From NCBI GenBank assembly GCA_964565195.1, contig CAZMCQ010000004.1, positions 64,133 through 128,132 on the forward strand: a stretch of 64,000 nucleotides of DNA, in the 5' to 3' direction. Below the pieces are notes generated by a model. That model did not search any database and was not told the origin of the DNA. It worked only from the letters and a program-made list of their open reading frames with translations. A program made the translations under genes and the position numbers. Shown here one piece after another: positions 46,307-56,182 of this stretch. The stretch is from an uncultured Candidatus Saccharibacteria bacterium. GTDB taxonomy: Bacteria > Patescibacteriota > Doudnabacteria > UBA920 > 2-01-FULL-46-14. Each line of letters starts with the position of its first letter. The first letter of the stretch is position 1.

Positions 46307-47509
46307 ATGCGCCAATCGCAACTGTTTACAAAAACTTTAAAATCAGTTTCAAAAGATAAGCAGAGTGTGAACGCGCAGCTACTCGAGCGCGGGGGATTTA
46401 TTTTCAAAAATTCCGCGGGGGTTTACACGTTCCTGCCATATGGCTGGCGCGTGATGAAGAAGATCATGAACATCATTCGCGAAGAGATGGACGCGATCGG
46501 CGGCGAAGAGCTGTTTATGCCGGCGCTGGTGGAAAAGAAATATATGGACGCGACTGGCCGGTGGAATACAGATATCGGCTTCAAAATTCAGGACGAGAAC
46601 TTTGTGCTCGGCTGGACGCATGAAGAAGTCCTGACCGCGATAACTTCAAAATTCATCAGTTCCTACAAAGATCTGCCCTTTAGCGCGTATCAGATCCAGA
46701 CCAAGTTTCGCAATGAAGCGCGCGCCAAGTCTGGCCTGCTGCGCGGGCGCGAATTTATGATGAAGGATCTTTACAGCTTCCACGCGAGCGAAGAAGACCT
46801 CTGGAAATACTATGAAGAGGTAAAAAAAGCGTATTTCAAAGTTTTCGAACGCTGTGGCCTGAAAACAGTTTATACGGTTGCCGCCGGCGGAGATTTCACA
46901 GTCAGCAATACCCACGAATTTCAAGTCTTGTCAGAAGTTGGGGAGGATAAAGTGATGGTTTGCTCAAAATGCAGCTATGCCGAGAACGGCGAAATTTCCA
47001 AACTCAAAAGCGGCGACAAATGCCCGCAATGTGGCGGGAAAATTAATGAAAAACGCGGCATTGAGGTGGGCAACATCTTTCCACTTGGCACAAAATATTC
47101 GGACGCTTTTGGATTAAAATTTACTGACGAGGCCGGCCAGCAGCAAGCCGTGGTTATGGGGTCCTATGGCATTGGCCTTGGCCGCGTGATGGGCGCAATA
47201 GTCGAGGTTTCGCATGACGAAAAAGGCATCATCTGGCCGGAAAGCGTGGCGCCGTTTCGGGTTCATCTGCTGGCACTCAATGTTGATGCAGAGAAACAAT
47301 ACGAAACTTTACGGAAGGCCGGGATTGGGGTATTCTATGATGACAGGGAGGTTTCCGCAGGGGTCAAATTCGCGGATGCGGATCTGCTCGGTATCCCTTG
47401 GCGGGCTGTGGTGTCAGAAAAAACTGGAGACAAGGTGGAAATTAAAAAACGAAATGGGAAGAATTCAAAATTAATCTCACTGGAAGAGTTGCTAAAAATC
47501 AAAAATTAA
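46307..47509 (+). CDS. proS: prolyl-tRNA synthetase (short form lacking an editing insertion)
   Basis: Class II aaRS motifs ...FMMKDLYSFH... and ...VVMGSYGIGLGRVMGAIVE... Confidence 0.82.
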   Translation: MRQSQLFTKTLKSVSKDKQSVNAQLLERGGFIFKNSAGVYTFLPYGWRVMKKIMNIIREEMDAIGGEELFMPALVEKKYMDATGRWNTDIGFKIQDENFVLGWTHEEVLTAITSKFISSYKDLPFSAYQIQTKFRNEARAKSGLLRGREFMMKDLYSFHASEEDLWKYYEEVKKAYFKVFERCGLKTVYTVAAGGDFTVSNTHEFQVLSEVGEDKVMVCSKCSYAENGEISKLKSGDKCPQCGGKINEKRGIEVGNIFPLGTKYSDAFGLKFTDEAGQQQAVVMGSYGIGLGRVMGAIVEVSHDEKGIIWPESVAPFRVHLLALNVDAEKQYETLRKAGIGVFYDDREVSAGVKFADADLLGIPWRAVVSEKTGDKVEIKKRNGKNSKLISLEELLKIKN

Positions 47510-47596
47510 ATATTAAAAATAAAAATGACAGGGTAAAATTAGAAAATTTTTAATTTTGCTTTGTCATTTTCCATTTTGATTTTTGCATTTTGAACT

Positions 47597-48655
47597 ATGA
47601 GTTTATCTGACACCATTTTCGGCAAATTTTCCAAAGACATTGGCATTGACCTCGGCACGGCCAACACGCTCGTGTACGTTCGGGGCAAGGGCATCGTGAT
47701 CAACGAGCCCCCTGTGGTTGCCATCAACACAAAGACGACACAGACTCTCGCCATCGGCAACGAGGCGAAAAAAATGGTCGGCCGCACCCCCGGACACATC
47801 GTCGCCACGCGTCCGCTTGTGGATGGCGTCATTTCGGATTTTGAGGTCACCGAGCAGATGCTGCGTTATTTCATCGACAAAGTCCATCAGCAGGCCTTTA
47901 CGTTTCTCTCGCGGCCCCAGGTCGTGATCGGTATTCCCTCGGGCGTGACCGAGGTCGAAAAGCGCGCGGTGCAGGATGCGACGCTTAATGCCGGCGCGCG
48001 CACCGCGTTTCTCATCGAAGAGCCGATGGCTGCCGCAATCGGCGCGCGCCTGCCGGTGCAGGACCCGGCTGGATCGTTCATCGTGGATATCGGCGGCGGG
48101 ACGACCGAGATTGCCGTGATATCCCTGGGAGGAATTGTCGTTTCCAAGAGCATCCGTATCGCCGGCGATGAGATGAACGAGAATATCGTGCAATTCGCCC
48201 GCGATGAATTCAATTTGCTGCTCGGCGAGCGCACGGCCGAGGAAGTGAAAATCAAGATCGGTTCGGCTTACCCGCAGAAAGACCGGATGGAAACCAAAAT
48301 GCGCGGCCGCGATCTGGTCACCGGCCTGCCGAAAGAAGTGACAGTCAACGACGAACAGATCAGGATCGCCCTGTCGCGTTCCGTGCGCACGATAGTCAAT
48401 TCGATCCGTCAGGCGATCGAGGAAACGCCGCCCGAACTCGTGGCGGACATTATGGGCCGCGGCATCATCCTTGCCGGTGGCGGGGCGCTCTTGCGCGGGA
48501 TTGATACTTTGATCGCGCGCGAGACGCAGATGCCGGTGACCATTACCGACGACCCGCTGACGGCGGTGGTGCGGGGGGCGGGCATAGTGCTGGAAGACCT
48601 GGAAACCCTGCGCGAGGTTCTGGTTTTGACCGAGTTTGAGCAGATCTCGCGATGA
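47597..48655 (+). CDS. mreB: rod-shape protein MreB (paralog 2, at the head of mreBCD-pbp2)
   Basis: ...GIDLGTANTLVYV... and ...IVDIGGGTTEIAV... Confidence 0.9.
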   Translation: MSLSDTIFGKFSKDIGIDLGTANTLVYVRGKGIVINEPPVVAINTKTTQTLAIGNEAKKMVGRTPGHIVATRPLVDGVISDFEVTEQMLRYFIDKVHQQAFTFLSRPQVVIGIPSGVTEVEKRAVQDATLNAGARTAFLIEEPMAAAIGARLPVQDPAGSFIVDIGGGTTEIAVISLGGIVVSKSIRIAGDEMNENIVQFARDEFNLLLGERTAEEVKIKIGSAYPQKDRMETKMRGRDLVTGLPKEVTVNDEQIRIALSRSVRTIVNSIRQAIEETPPELVADIMGRGIILAGGGALLRGIDTLIARETQMPVTITDDPLTAVVRGAGIVLEDLETLREVLVLTEFEQISR

Positions 48656-49440
48656 GCGCGCCGGTGCATGTCGTAATCGCTTTTTTGGTCCTCATGGGAC
48701 TCGTGTTGTTAAACTTAGCCGGCGGTTTGCAATTCGTTCAGGATTATGGCCGGAAAGTGGTGGAGTTTTTTGATATTCCTCTGGTTGCCGTTTTTTCGGG
48801 GATCAAAAAGTTCTCGCTCGTGGTCGTACACGTCGACGACTTGTATGATCAGAACATCATTCTGACCGAGCAGGTGCAAGAACTTTCGGCAGAAGTGGCG
48901 ACATTGGAAAAAGCAAGTGCGGAAAATCGGATCCTGCGCGAAGCTTTGGGTTTTGAACAGGGCCGCAGCCTAAATCTGCTTCCGGCCGAGGTAATCACCC
49001 GCGATTTTATGGCGCCCGACCAGAGACTGGTTTTGAACCGTGGTGCCGAAAGTGGGGTCACGCGCGGCGCGGCAGTGATTGTCTCCGGCCGGGTATTGGT
49101 GGGGGTTATTTCTGAAGTTTTTAATGGAACTTCAGAGGTACAGCTTCTCACGGCCTCGGGAGTTTCCGTCAATGCCGAAGATGCCGTGACCGGCGCGACC
49201 GGCATTGTCAAAGGTGAACACGGGCTGGGCCTGCTTCTTGATCTTATTTCCCAGGATGCCACAGTGAACCCCGGCGACCGGCTTGTCACTTCGGGCCTTG
49301 GCGGAACTTTCCCCAAAAATTTGCTGATCGGCAAAATCGGCGATACACGCAGCGGCACGAGTGAGCTGTTTCAGAATGCCAGCGTGATTCCTGCCGCCGA
49401 TCTCTCCGCCTTGAGATTTGTTTTTGTGGTAAAGAGATAA
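48652..49440 (+). CDS. mreC: rod-shape protein MreC
   Basis: N-terminal TM segment and a coiled coil, then a beta-rich domain with GVISEV and GLGG motifs. Confidence 0.7.
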   Translation: MSAPVHVVIAFLVLMGLVLLNLAGGLQFVQDYGRKVVEFFDIPLVAVFSGIKKFSLVVVHVDDLYDQNIILTEQVQELSAEVATLEKASAENRILREALGFEQGRSLNLLPAEVITRDFMAPDQRLVLNRGAESGVTRGAAVIVSGRVLVGVISEVFNGTSEVQLLTASGVSVNAEDAVTGATGIVKGEHGLGLLLDLISQDATVNPGDRLVTSGLGGTFPKNLLIGKIGDTRSGTSELFQNASVIPAADLSALRFVFVVKR

Positions 49441-49454
49441 ATTGATATACAGGG

Positions 49455-49967
49455 ATGAACAAACAAAATTTGTACCAACTGCTTTACCTCTTCTTTCTTT
49501 TTCTGATTTACGTTGCCGGTTTGAAAGTTTTTACCGGTCATCCCTATCTCGTGCCGCAGCTGGTTTTTCTTTCCGTAATAATTTTTGCCGTCCGGGAGAC
49601 TTTTATTGCGACGCTTTGGTATGCCTTCGCCGCCGGATTTTTACTGGAATTTTTTTCCGGGTTTTTTTTCGGCGCCAATCTTCTGGCGATGGTTATCATC
49701 GCGCTGGCCGCTTTTCTTATCACCCGCAATGTCACCTCCCGACGGGTGGTTTTGCCGGCCGCCGCGACGCTCGCGGCGCTGGGGACAGCGATTTTTCCGC
49801 TTGTCGCCTATTTGTATTTGTTGTTAATGGCTGGGCTGAATTTGACCGAGAGCGTGGCGTTTGCCGATTTATTCTCCGTGAACATAATTTGGGCCGCACT
49901 GCTAAATGTGCTGTTTTTTTATCCGGTGAAATATGCGCAACCCGTTTCGACTGAAAAATACAATTGA
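49455..49967 (+). CDS. mreD: rod-shape protein MreD (polytopic membrane protein)
   Basis: Five TM segments. The position between mreC and pbp2 supports the call. Confidence 0.55.
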   Translation: MNKQNLYQLLYLFFLFLIYVAGLKVFTGHPYLVPQLVFLSVIIFAVRETFIATLWYAFAAGFLLEFFSGFFFGANLLAMVIIALAAFLITRNVTSRRVVLPAAATLAALGTAIFPLVAYLYLLLMAGLNLTESVAFADLFSVNIIWAALLNVLFFYPVKYAQPVSTEKYN

Positions 49968-51909
49968 AGCCGGAAGGAGTGTGGAAGGAGGAGCAGGTTC
50001 AGAACTTGCCGTTGAAGAGGTTTTGATTGATCGCGATTCACGGGAGCGCCTGGAACGCGGCGGCGAGGCGCGATTGCCGTCAGTTTTTTTTCGGCTTTTG
50101 CTGCTGGTAGCTTTTGTGGTGGCCTTTGGGCGCCTGTATTATTTGGCGGTCGCCGAACATGAATACTATCGGCAGATTGCTGACGGCAATCGCTTGCGCA
50201 TTGAATACCTGCCAGCGCCGCGTGGGGCGATCTACGACCGTTTTGGAGAGGTCATTGTGGGCAATAAACCCAGTTTTGAGGTTGTGGCGAGCCCTCTGGA
50301 CCTGCCGAAGGATGAGGCAGCCAGGCAAGCGATCATTACTCGCGTCGCCAATATTTTATCATTGCCGGCAGAGGAAATTACCAGTCTGATCGCCGCGGCC
50401 AGCGCGGAGAGCGGGATAAATTCTGTTTTGGTAAAAGAGAATTTAACCCGCGAGGAAGCCCTGGTCTGGAGCGAGCAGGAACGCGAACTGGCTGGTTTTC
50501 ATCTCGCTAAAACCCCGATCCGGGATTATAAGGAAGCCCCAGCTTATGCGCAGCTGGTCGGCTATGTCGGGAAAATCACGGCGGAGCAGTACGAAGAAAA
50601 GTCGGCCGCAGGCTATTTTTATAATGATTCACTCGGCAAGACGGGATTGGAGCAGCAGTATGAACAATTTCTCCGAGGCGAGTTTGGCGAACGGCAGGTT
50701 GAAGTAGACGCGCGTGGCGCGGTCAAGAAAGTTTACGGCGAGAAGCCGGCGGTGACCGGCGAAAGTTTACATCTGAACATCGATGCCCGCCTGCAGGAAA
50801 AACTCTATTCGGTCTTGGAGGCGCAGCTGCGTTCTACTGGGCGTAAAAAAGCGTCGGCCATTGCGGTTGACCCGAGAAGCGGGCAAATTCTCGCGCTCGT
50901 TAACCTACCGTCGTATGACAACAATCTTTTTGCGGGCGGCATCAGCGTCGCAGATTACGCGCGCCTTACCCAGGATAAAAATTTGCCGTTGTTTAACCGC
51001 AGCGTTGCCGGCACTTATCCGCCTGGTTCAACCATAAAGCCCCTTGTGGCTGCGGCTGCCTTGCAGGAGGGTGTGATTACAGAAAAAACGGTCATCAACG
51101 ACCGCGGTTATATTCTGGTGCCTAATCCTTACGGCGGGCCGGATTACTATTTTTACGGTTACCGGAGAGAGGGACTGGGGCCTATGAATGTCCGATCTGC
51201 CATCGCGCTATCGTCTGATATCTATTTCTACACAGCAGGCGGCGGTTGGGACGAGGCAAAGGTTAATGGGCTGGGCATAGACCGCCTCGCGCGGTATTAT
51301 CAGGCATTTTATCTCGACCGGAAACTTGGTATAGATTTGCCGGGTGAGAAAACCGGATTTGTTCCGACGCCGGATTGGAAGAAGGAATATTTCAACAACC
51401 ATCCGATAGATTCGCGCTGGTATCTCGGGGATACATACCATGTGGCGATCGGGCAGGGCGATCTGCTCGCGACGCCGCTGGACGTAGTTTTTTGGACAGC
51501 CAGCATTGCCAATGGCGGGAAGATCTTTCGGCCATGGATTGCAAACCATGTCGAGGATGAGAACGGCAACTGGCTTGCGGAATTTAAGCCAGAGCAGATC
51601 GCTGCGCTGCCTATTGATGCGAAAAATTTGCAGATCGTTCGCGAGGGGATGCGCGCAGTGGTGACTGATGGCACGGCCAAAGCATTGGACACTTTGTCAG
51701 TGGCTGTGGCCGGTAAAACCGGCACTGCGCAGTTTGACGCGCGCAATCGCGCGCGCACACACGCCTGGTTTGCGGGCTTTGCGCCCTACGACGACCCACA
51801 GATCGCAATCGTCGTATTGATAGAAGACGGGGGAGAAGGCTCATCGATGTCTGTCCCCGTGGCCCGTGACGTCTTCGACTGGTGGGCGAAGAATCGGTAT
51901 CAGAAGTAA
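49933..51909 (+). CDS. mrdA: penicillin-binding protein 2 (transpeptidase)
   Basis: ...STIKPLVAAAAL... and KTGTAQ (SxxK, KTG). Confidence 0.85.
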   Translation: MRNPFRLKNTIEAGRSVEGGAGSELAVEEVLIDRDSRERLERGGEARLPSVFFRLLLLVAFVVAFGRLYYLAVAEHEYYRQIADGNRLRIEYLPAPRGAIYDRFGEVIVGNKPSFEVVASPLDLPKDEAARQAIITRVANILSLPAEEITSLIAAASAESGINSVLVKENLTREEALVWSEQERELAGFHLAKTPIRDYKEAPAYAQLVGYVGKITAEQYEEKSAAGYFYNDSLGKTGLEQQYEQFLRGEFGERQVEVDARGAVKKVYGEKPAVTGESLHLNIDARLQEKLYSVLEAQLRSTGRKKASAIAVDPRSGQILALVNLPSYDNNLFAGGISVADYARLTQDKNLPLFNRSVAGTYPPGSTIKPLVAAAALQEGVITEKTVINDRGYILVPNPYGGPDYYFYGYRREGLGPMNVRSAIALSSDIYFYTAGGGWDEAKVNGLGIDRLARYYQAFYLDRKLGIDLPGEKTGFVPTPDWKKEYFNNHPIDSRWYLGDTYHVAIGQGDLLATPLDVVFWTASIANGGKIFRPWIANHVEDENGNWLAEFKPEQIAALPIDAKNLQIVREGMRAVVTDGTAKALDTLSVAVAGKTGTAQFDARNRARTHAWFAGFAPYDDPQIAIVVLIEDGGEGSSMSVPVARDVFDWWAKNRYQK

Positions 51910-52038
51910 ACGGAGGTATTTGTCCACGAGTAGTATACAGATTATAAACAGCATATTCACACTTGATAAAATTTTCCCTTATTTTAGGCACAAGCAGTTT
52001 TTGTTGACGCAAAATAGGGGGTGTTGTAAATTATCTCT

Positions 52039-52249
52039 GTGGGGGGAATCTCTTTGAAAACGTGATTTGAGTGAGAGCGGGAAACCGTTTTCTGCCGAAC
52101 CGCCTGATCAGCGGCTTCGGGCCGGCGCCGACAGGCTCGCGGGGCAACTTGCGGGAACTCGGCTAAGGCGATTGGGTTTCGTTTTCAATCACGATTTTCT
52201 CCACCGATGAAGAAAGGTTCAGTGCGCTTGGCGCCTTGAATCTTTTTTC
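52039..52249 (+). ncRNA. candidate structured RNA of about 210 nt (6S-like sRNA or a cis-acting leader/riboswitch for the downstream gene)
   Basis: Promoter TTGACG-17-TAAATT at 52004-52032. A nested long-range helix joins 52056-52067 to 52186-52198, and GAAACC at 52081-86 to GGTTTC at 52174-79. The core at 52095-52170 is GC-rich with hairpins. The 3' end is a rho-independent terminator. No ORF is present. Confidence 0.45.
52215..52249 (+). terminator. rho-independent terminator closing the RNA/leader
   Basis: AGGTTCA-gt-GCGC-ttg-GCGC-ct-TGAATCT followed by TTTTTT. The RBS GGAGG and ATG at 52290 lie downstream. Confidence 0.65.
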
Positions 52250-52289
52250 ATTTTGTGTTATGCTCGCAGCAAATTTCTTGGAGGAAATC

Positions 52290-53255
52290 ATGGACGTTAA
52301 ACTGGTAAAAATGCCGATCACGGGCTATGCCAAGCCGGCCAATCCGAAACAGTTTTTTCCCTTGGTCAGGTTGGCACAAAACTTCGGGGTGGTGATTCGT
52401 CCAAAGGAGGGACTTCGGGGCGACTCCTATATCAAAATCACGCGGGGAAATTGGGCGGGTGGTAAGCGGACGCGCGTCGAGTCGTCGTACCGAACTTATC
52501 AGGAGGCGATCCGGTCGTTTCGCCACATCATGACCAGCATCATGACCACGTCAGGGGATTATGCCTTTTGGCTTCAGCATTTTTTGGAATTCCACAAGTT
52601 CCTCGCGACCGCTGATCTGAAGTCGTCTGATTCCCAAACCACGGCGCGAGTTCTGCTGAATCGGGCCGAAAAACGGTTCGCCAGGGCGCGCTGCCCCAAT
52701 TGTCTGGTCATCCGCGAAGCAATTTCCGGCGAGGATCTGCGGAAAAAAAGCCTCGCTGAGCTTCTGGAAATAGCGAATCCTAGCGCGGCGCGTGCGAAAA
52801 TTGTCTTTTGCGTGAAGGAGCCGCTGCAGGATGAAACCGAACGGATTAAGGCGCAGGTTAACCGCCTTGTTTTTCTTGAGAGCTTGCTCGGACGCATCTG
52901 GACGCACGAGCTCTATAACTGCTCGCTCGCGTTAAATCGGCTCATCGCTCTTGATGCCTATCTTGAAGATTTTCGGCCCTCGCTTTCTGCACACCAGCGA
53001 GTCATCAATCTTCTCGCATTGACGCTGGAGCTCACCCGACAGATGTTTGACCTGCGCGTACAGTACGCGCACAGACATCTTTTGGCGTTGCGGAAGGTTC
53101 TGCTCGCGTCCATCGGTGGGACGATTCCCAATGAAGCCAAGACGCGCCTGTGTGACGCCATGACCAACTTGGAGCATTATTGGCTCTGGTTGAATCTGGA
53201 GGATTCTAAGGGTCTCACCGGCCGTGAGTTGCAGTCTTTCGGTTGGGTGGCGTGA
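52290..53255 (+). CDS. hypothetical alpha-helical protein (322 aa)
   Basis: GGAGG 6 nt before the ATG at 52290. The ORF-track start at 52236 lies inside the terminator. No recognisable motif. Confidence 0.55.
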   Translation: MDVKLVKMPITGYAKPANPKQFFPLVRLAQNFGVVIRPKEGLRGDSYIKITRGNWAGGKRTRVESSYRTYQEAIRSFRHIMTSIMTTSGDYAFWLQHFLEFHKFLATADLKSSDSQTTARVLLNRAEKRFARARCPNCLVIREAISGEDLRKKSLAELLEIANPSAARAKIVFCVKEPLQDETERIKAQVNRLVFLESLLGRIWTHELYNCSLALNRLIALDAYLEDFRPSLSAHQRVINLLALTLELTRQMFDLRVQYAHRHLLALRKVLLASIGGTIPNEAKTRLCDAMTNLEHYWLWLNLEDSKGLTGRELQSFGWVA

Positions 53256-53273
53256 CGCTGCAGTTTGCCAAAG

Positions 53274-53304
53274 GGGTGGCCCCACATTCGGCCACCCTGT
53301 TTTT
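53274..53304 (+). terminator. rho-independent terminator
   Basis: GGGGTGGCC-loop-GGCCACCC followed by TGTTTTT. TTATACT (-10) for folD lies downstream. Confidence 0.65.
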
Positions 53305-53341
53305 ATTTGTGTTATACTATTCTTTTCTTTATCTCACTTCT

Positions 53342-54142
53342 ATGGCCGCAATTTTGATTGACGGAAAAAAAATAGCACAGGGCATCTTGGATGACCTGAA
53401 AGCACGGGTCGCCAGTCTGCGCAAGTCCGGCAGGCAGCCGCGGCTGGCGGTTTTTTTGATCGGCCACAACCCGGCGTCCGAGTCGTATGTCAATGTCAAG
53501 CGGAAATGCGCGGCCAAAGTCGGCATTGAAGTCGAGATAAAGAACCATCCGGAAGCTACTACTGAAGAGAAATTAATCAGGGAAATCAAACTTGTCAACC
53601 AGCGAGCCGATATTTCCGGCATTTTAGTTCAACTCCCGCTTCCGCCCCATCTTGATAAACAGAGAGTACTCGGCGCGATAGACCCGAAGTTGGATGTAGA
53701 AGCTCATTCCCCGGCCGCTGCCGCGGTCCGCTATATCCTTTCGACTTTACCGATTGATCTCAAGTCAAAGAAAATTCTGATCATCGGTTCCGGAGACCTC
53801 GTGGGCCGGCCACTCGCCGAAATATTAAACAGAGAGAATCTGGATTTGAGAGTGGCAACCAGGCAGACAGAGAATCTTGAGGAAGTTGCCAAAACCGCGG
53901 ACGTGATTGTTACTGGCACGGGGCATGCCGGGCTTGTCCGAGCCGGAATGGTCAAAGCAGGCGCAGTCGTGGTTGATGCCGGCACGACAGGTTCAGAGGA
54001 TGGCAGCGTGGTTGGCGACGTCGATTTTGAAGGCGTTTCCAAAAAAGCCGGCTATCTCTCGCCGGTTCCCGGCGGAGTGGGGCCGGTAACCGTGGCGATG
54101 CTGCTCCGCGCCGTAGTTGACAACACCGAACGCAAACTATAA
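53342..54142 (+). CDS. folD: bifunctional methylenetetrahydrofolate dehydrogenase/cyclohydrolase
   Basis: MAAILIDGKKIAQGILDDLK... and ...PGGVGPVTVAMLL... Confidence 0.9.
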   Translation: MAAILIDGKKIAQGILDDLKARVASLRKSGRQPRLAVFLIGHNPASESYVNVKRKCAAKVGIEVEIKNHPEATTEEKLIREIKLVNQRADISGILVQLPLPPHLDKQRVLGAIDPKLDVEAHSPAAAAVRYILSTLPIDLKSKKILIIGSGDLVGRPLAEILNRENLDLRVATRQTENLEEVAKTADVIVTGTGHAGLVRAGMVKAGAVVVDAGTTGSEDGSVVGDVDFEGVSKKAGYLSPVPGGVGPVTVAMLLRAVVDNTERKL

Positions 54143-54151
54143 AGTATCCAC

Positions 54152-54613
54152 ATGGCAAAAAAACATCTCCTCACACAGGATGGATTGACCAAACTGAAAA
54201 ATGAGCTGGAGACATTAATCAAGGAGCGCCGCAGGGAAGTGATCGAGCGTATTCAGGAGGCGGTCGCGCATGGCGACCTCTCGGAAAACGCGGATTATGC
54301 GCAGGCCAAGGAAGAGCAGGCCTTTATCGAGGGCCGGATTCAGGAGCTTGAGGAGATCATTAAAAACGCGGAGATTATCCGGAGTAATGGCGACAGGAAT
54401 ATCATCTCGGTTGGCTCGACAGTGAAATTGAAGATTAATGGTCAGGAGAAAGTCTACACGATCGTCGGTTCGAATGAGGCGAATCCGGCCGAAGGAAAAA
54501 TCTCCAATGAATCGCTGGTCGGGCAGAGATTGCTCGGCGCGAAGCCCGGGGACAAGGTCGAGGTGACCACTCCCGGTGGCAAAGTACTGTACGAAATCGT
54601 GGAGATTCGCTAA
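54152..54613 (+). CDS. greA: transcription elongation factor GreA
   Basis: ...LTQDGLTKLKNELETLIKERRREVIERIQEAVAHGDLSENADYAQAKEEQAFIEGRI... Confidence 0.9.
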   Translation: MAKKHLLTQDGLTKLKNELETLIKERRREVIERIQEAVAHGDLSENADYAQAKEEQAFIEGRIQELEEIIKNAEIIRSNGDRNIISVGSTVKLKINGQEKVYTIVGSNEANPAEGKISNESLVGQRLLGAKPGDKVEVTTPGGKVLYEIVEIR

Positions 54614-54646
54614 AGCACGAACTACGAATCTATACGAACCTACGAA
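54614..54646 (+). repeat. TACGAAC tandem repeat element, copy 3 (CACGAAC-TACGAATCTA-TACGAAC-CTACGAA)
   Basis: Immediately after the greA stop and before terminator 54645-54670. Confidence 0.7.
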
Positions 54647-54670
54647 AAACTGCCTTCTTGGGCAGTTTTG
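54645..54670 (+). terminator. rho-independent terminator
   Basis: AAAAA-CTGCC-ttctt-GGGCAG-TTTT, then TGtTATAAT at 54671-54679. Confidence 0.65.
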
Positions 54671-54684
54671 TGTTATAATTAAGT

Positions 54685-54702
54685 TTGTAGATTCGTAAAT
54701 CT
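54685..54702 (-). repeat. inverted copy of the TACGAATCTA motif in the lysS leader
   Basis: TAGATTCGTA is the reverse complement of TACGAATCTA. Confidence 0.65.
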
Positions 54703-54718
54703 TAGTAGTTTGTACCCA

Positions 54719-56182
54719 ATGACGGAAAAAGAAGAACAGCTTTACCGGGACCGCCTGAAAAAACTGGAAGGATTGCGCGCCGCTGGCACCGATCCTTATC
54801 CAGCCAAAACGAAACGAACACACAAAGTCAGTGCAGCGCTGGATAATTTTTTTGTGCTTTCCAAAGGCGCCAAGCAGATTTCGCTGGCCGGGCGTATCCG
54901 CGGCCTGCGCGGCCATGGGGCAATAATTTTTGGCCATCTCGAGGACGGCAGCGCTAGCATGCAAATTCTGCTGCGCGGGGATCTGGTCGCGAAAAAAAAA
55001 TTTGATATCTTCAGAAAATATATTGACATCGGCGATTTCATCTCTGCGACCGGCAAGCTCATCCAAACGAAGCGCGGGGAAAAAACTTTGGAGGTTAAGG
55101 ACTATCAAATCCTCACCAAGAGTCTCCGCGCGCTGCCCGAGCAGTGGCATGGCCTGCAGGACATCGAGACGCGCCTGCGGCAGCGGTACTTAGATTTTAT
55201 TTCAAACCCTGAAGCCAAGGAGCTGTTTTTGAAGAAAGCGAAATTCTGGAAAGCTCTCCGGGAAAATTTAGAGAAGGCCGGGTTCATCGAGATTGATACG
55301 CCCGCGCTGGAGGATGTCGCCGGCGGCGCTGACGCGACGCCATTTGTCACGCATCACAACGCGCTTAACCGCGATTTTTATTTGCGGGTCTCTTTGGAAC
55401 TTCCCTTGAAGAAAATCATCATCGGGGGCTTTGAAAAAATATACGAGATCGGCAAAATTTTTCGCAACGAAGGGATTTCGACGGAACATCTGCAGGATTA
55501 TCTCGAGTGCGAATTTTACTGGGCTTACGCGGAGTATGAAGAGCTGATGGGTTTTGTGGAACAGCTTTATAAAGCCATTGTGAAGGAAACCACCGGAGGA
55601 CTAGCGACCGCATTCCAAGAGCAGAAGATAAACTGGGGCAAAAAATGGCCGCGCGTGGATTATTTCCGGCTGATCGAAAAAGAGCTGGACATAGACCTCG
55701 AAAAAATGTCGGATGAGAAGCTGAAAAAATATGCTCTCGGGCATGGCCTGAAAACCGATCCGGCCTGGGGCCGGGGACGGATCATTGATTATATTTTCAA
55801 AAAAAGGGTCAGGCCGAAAATTATCCAGCCGATGTTTCTCATCAATCATCCGATCGAGGTTTCGCCGTTGGCGAAACAGCACCGCCAGCTCGCCGGCCGC
55901 GTGGAGCGGTTCAATGTGATCGCCGCGGGCACAGAACTTGGCAACGGTTTCTCGGAACTGAACGACCCGGTTGATCAGCAAATGCGTTTCCAGGAGCAGA
56001 TGGAGCTGCGCCGCGCCGGAGACCCCGAAGCGCAGATGATGGACGAGTCCTTTGTCGAGGCGCTCGAGTATGGCCTGCCGCCGACGGCCGGTTATGGACT
56101 GTCGGAACGGCTTTTTGCAGTGCTGATGGATAAATCAGTAAGAGAAACGGTGGTTTTCCCGCCAATGAGGGGGAAAGATTAA
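54719..56182 (+). CDS. lysS: lysyl-tRNA synthetase (class II)
   Basis: MTEKEEQLYRDRLKKLEGLRAAGTDPYPAK... with class II motifs. The TTG at 54710 is an alternative start. Confidence 0.9.
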   Translation: MTEKEEQLYRDRLKKLEGLRAAGTDPYPAKTKRTHKVSAALDNFFVLSKGAKQISLAGRIRGLRGHGAIIFGHLEDGSASMQILLRGDLVAKKKFDIFRKYIDIGDFISATGKLIQTKRGEKTLEVKDYQILTKSLRALPEQWHGLQDIETRLRQRYLDFISNPEAKELFLKKAKFWKALRENLEKAGFIEIDTPALEDVAGGADATPFVTHHNALNRDFYLRVSLELPLKKIIIGGFEKIYEIGKIFRNEGISTEHLQDYLECEFYWAYAEYEELMGFVEQLYKAIVKETTGGLATAFQEQKINWGKKWPRVDYFRLIEKELDIDLEKMSDEKLKKYALGHGLKTDPAWGRGRIIDYIFKKRVRPKIIQPMFLINHPIEVSPLAKQHRQLAGRVERFNVIAAGTELGNGFSELNDPVDQQMRFQEQMELRRAGDPEAQMMDESFVEALEYGLPPTAGYGLSERLFAVLMDKSVRETVVFPPMRGKD

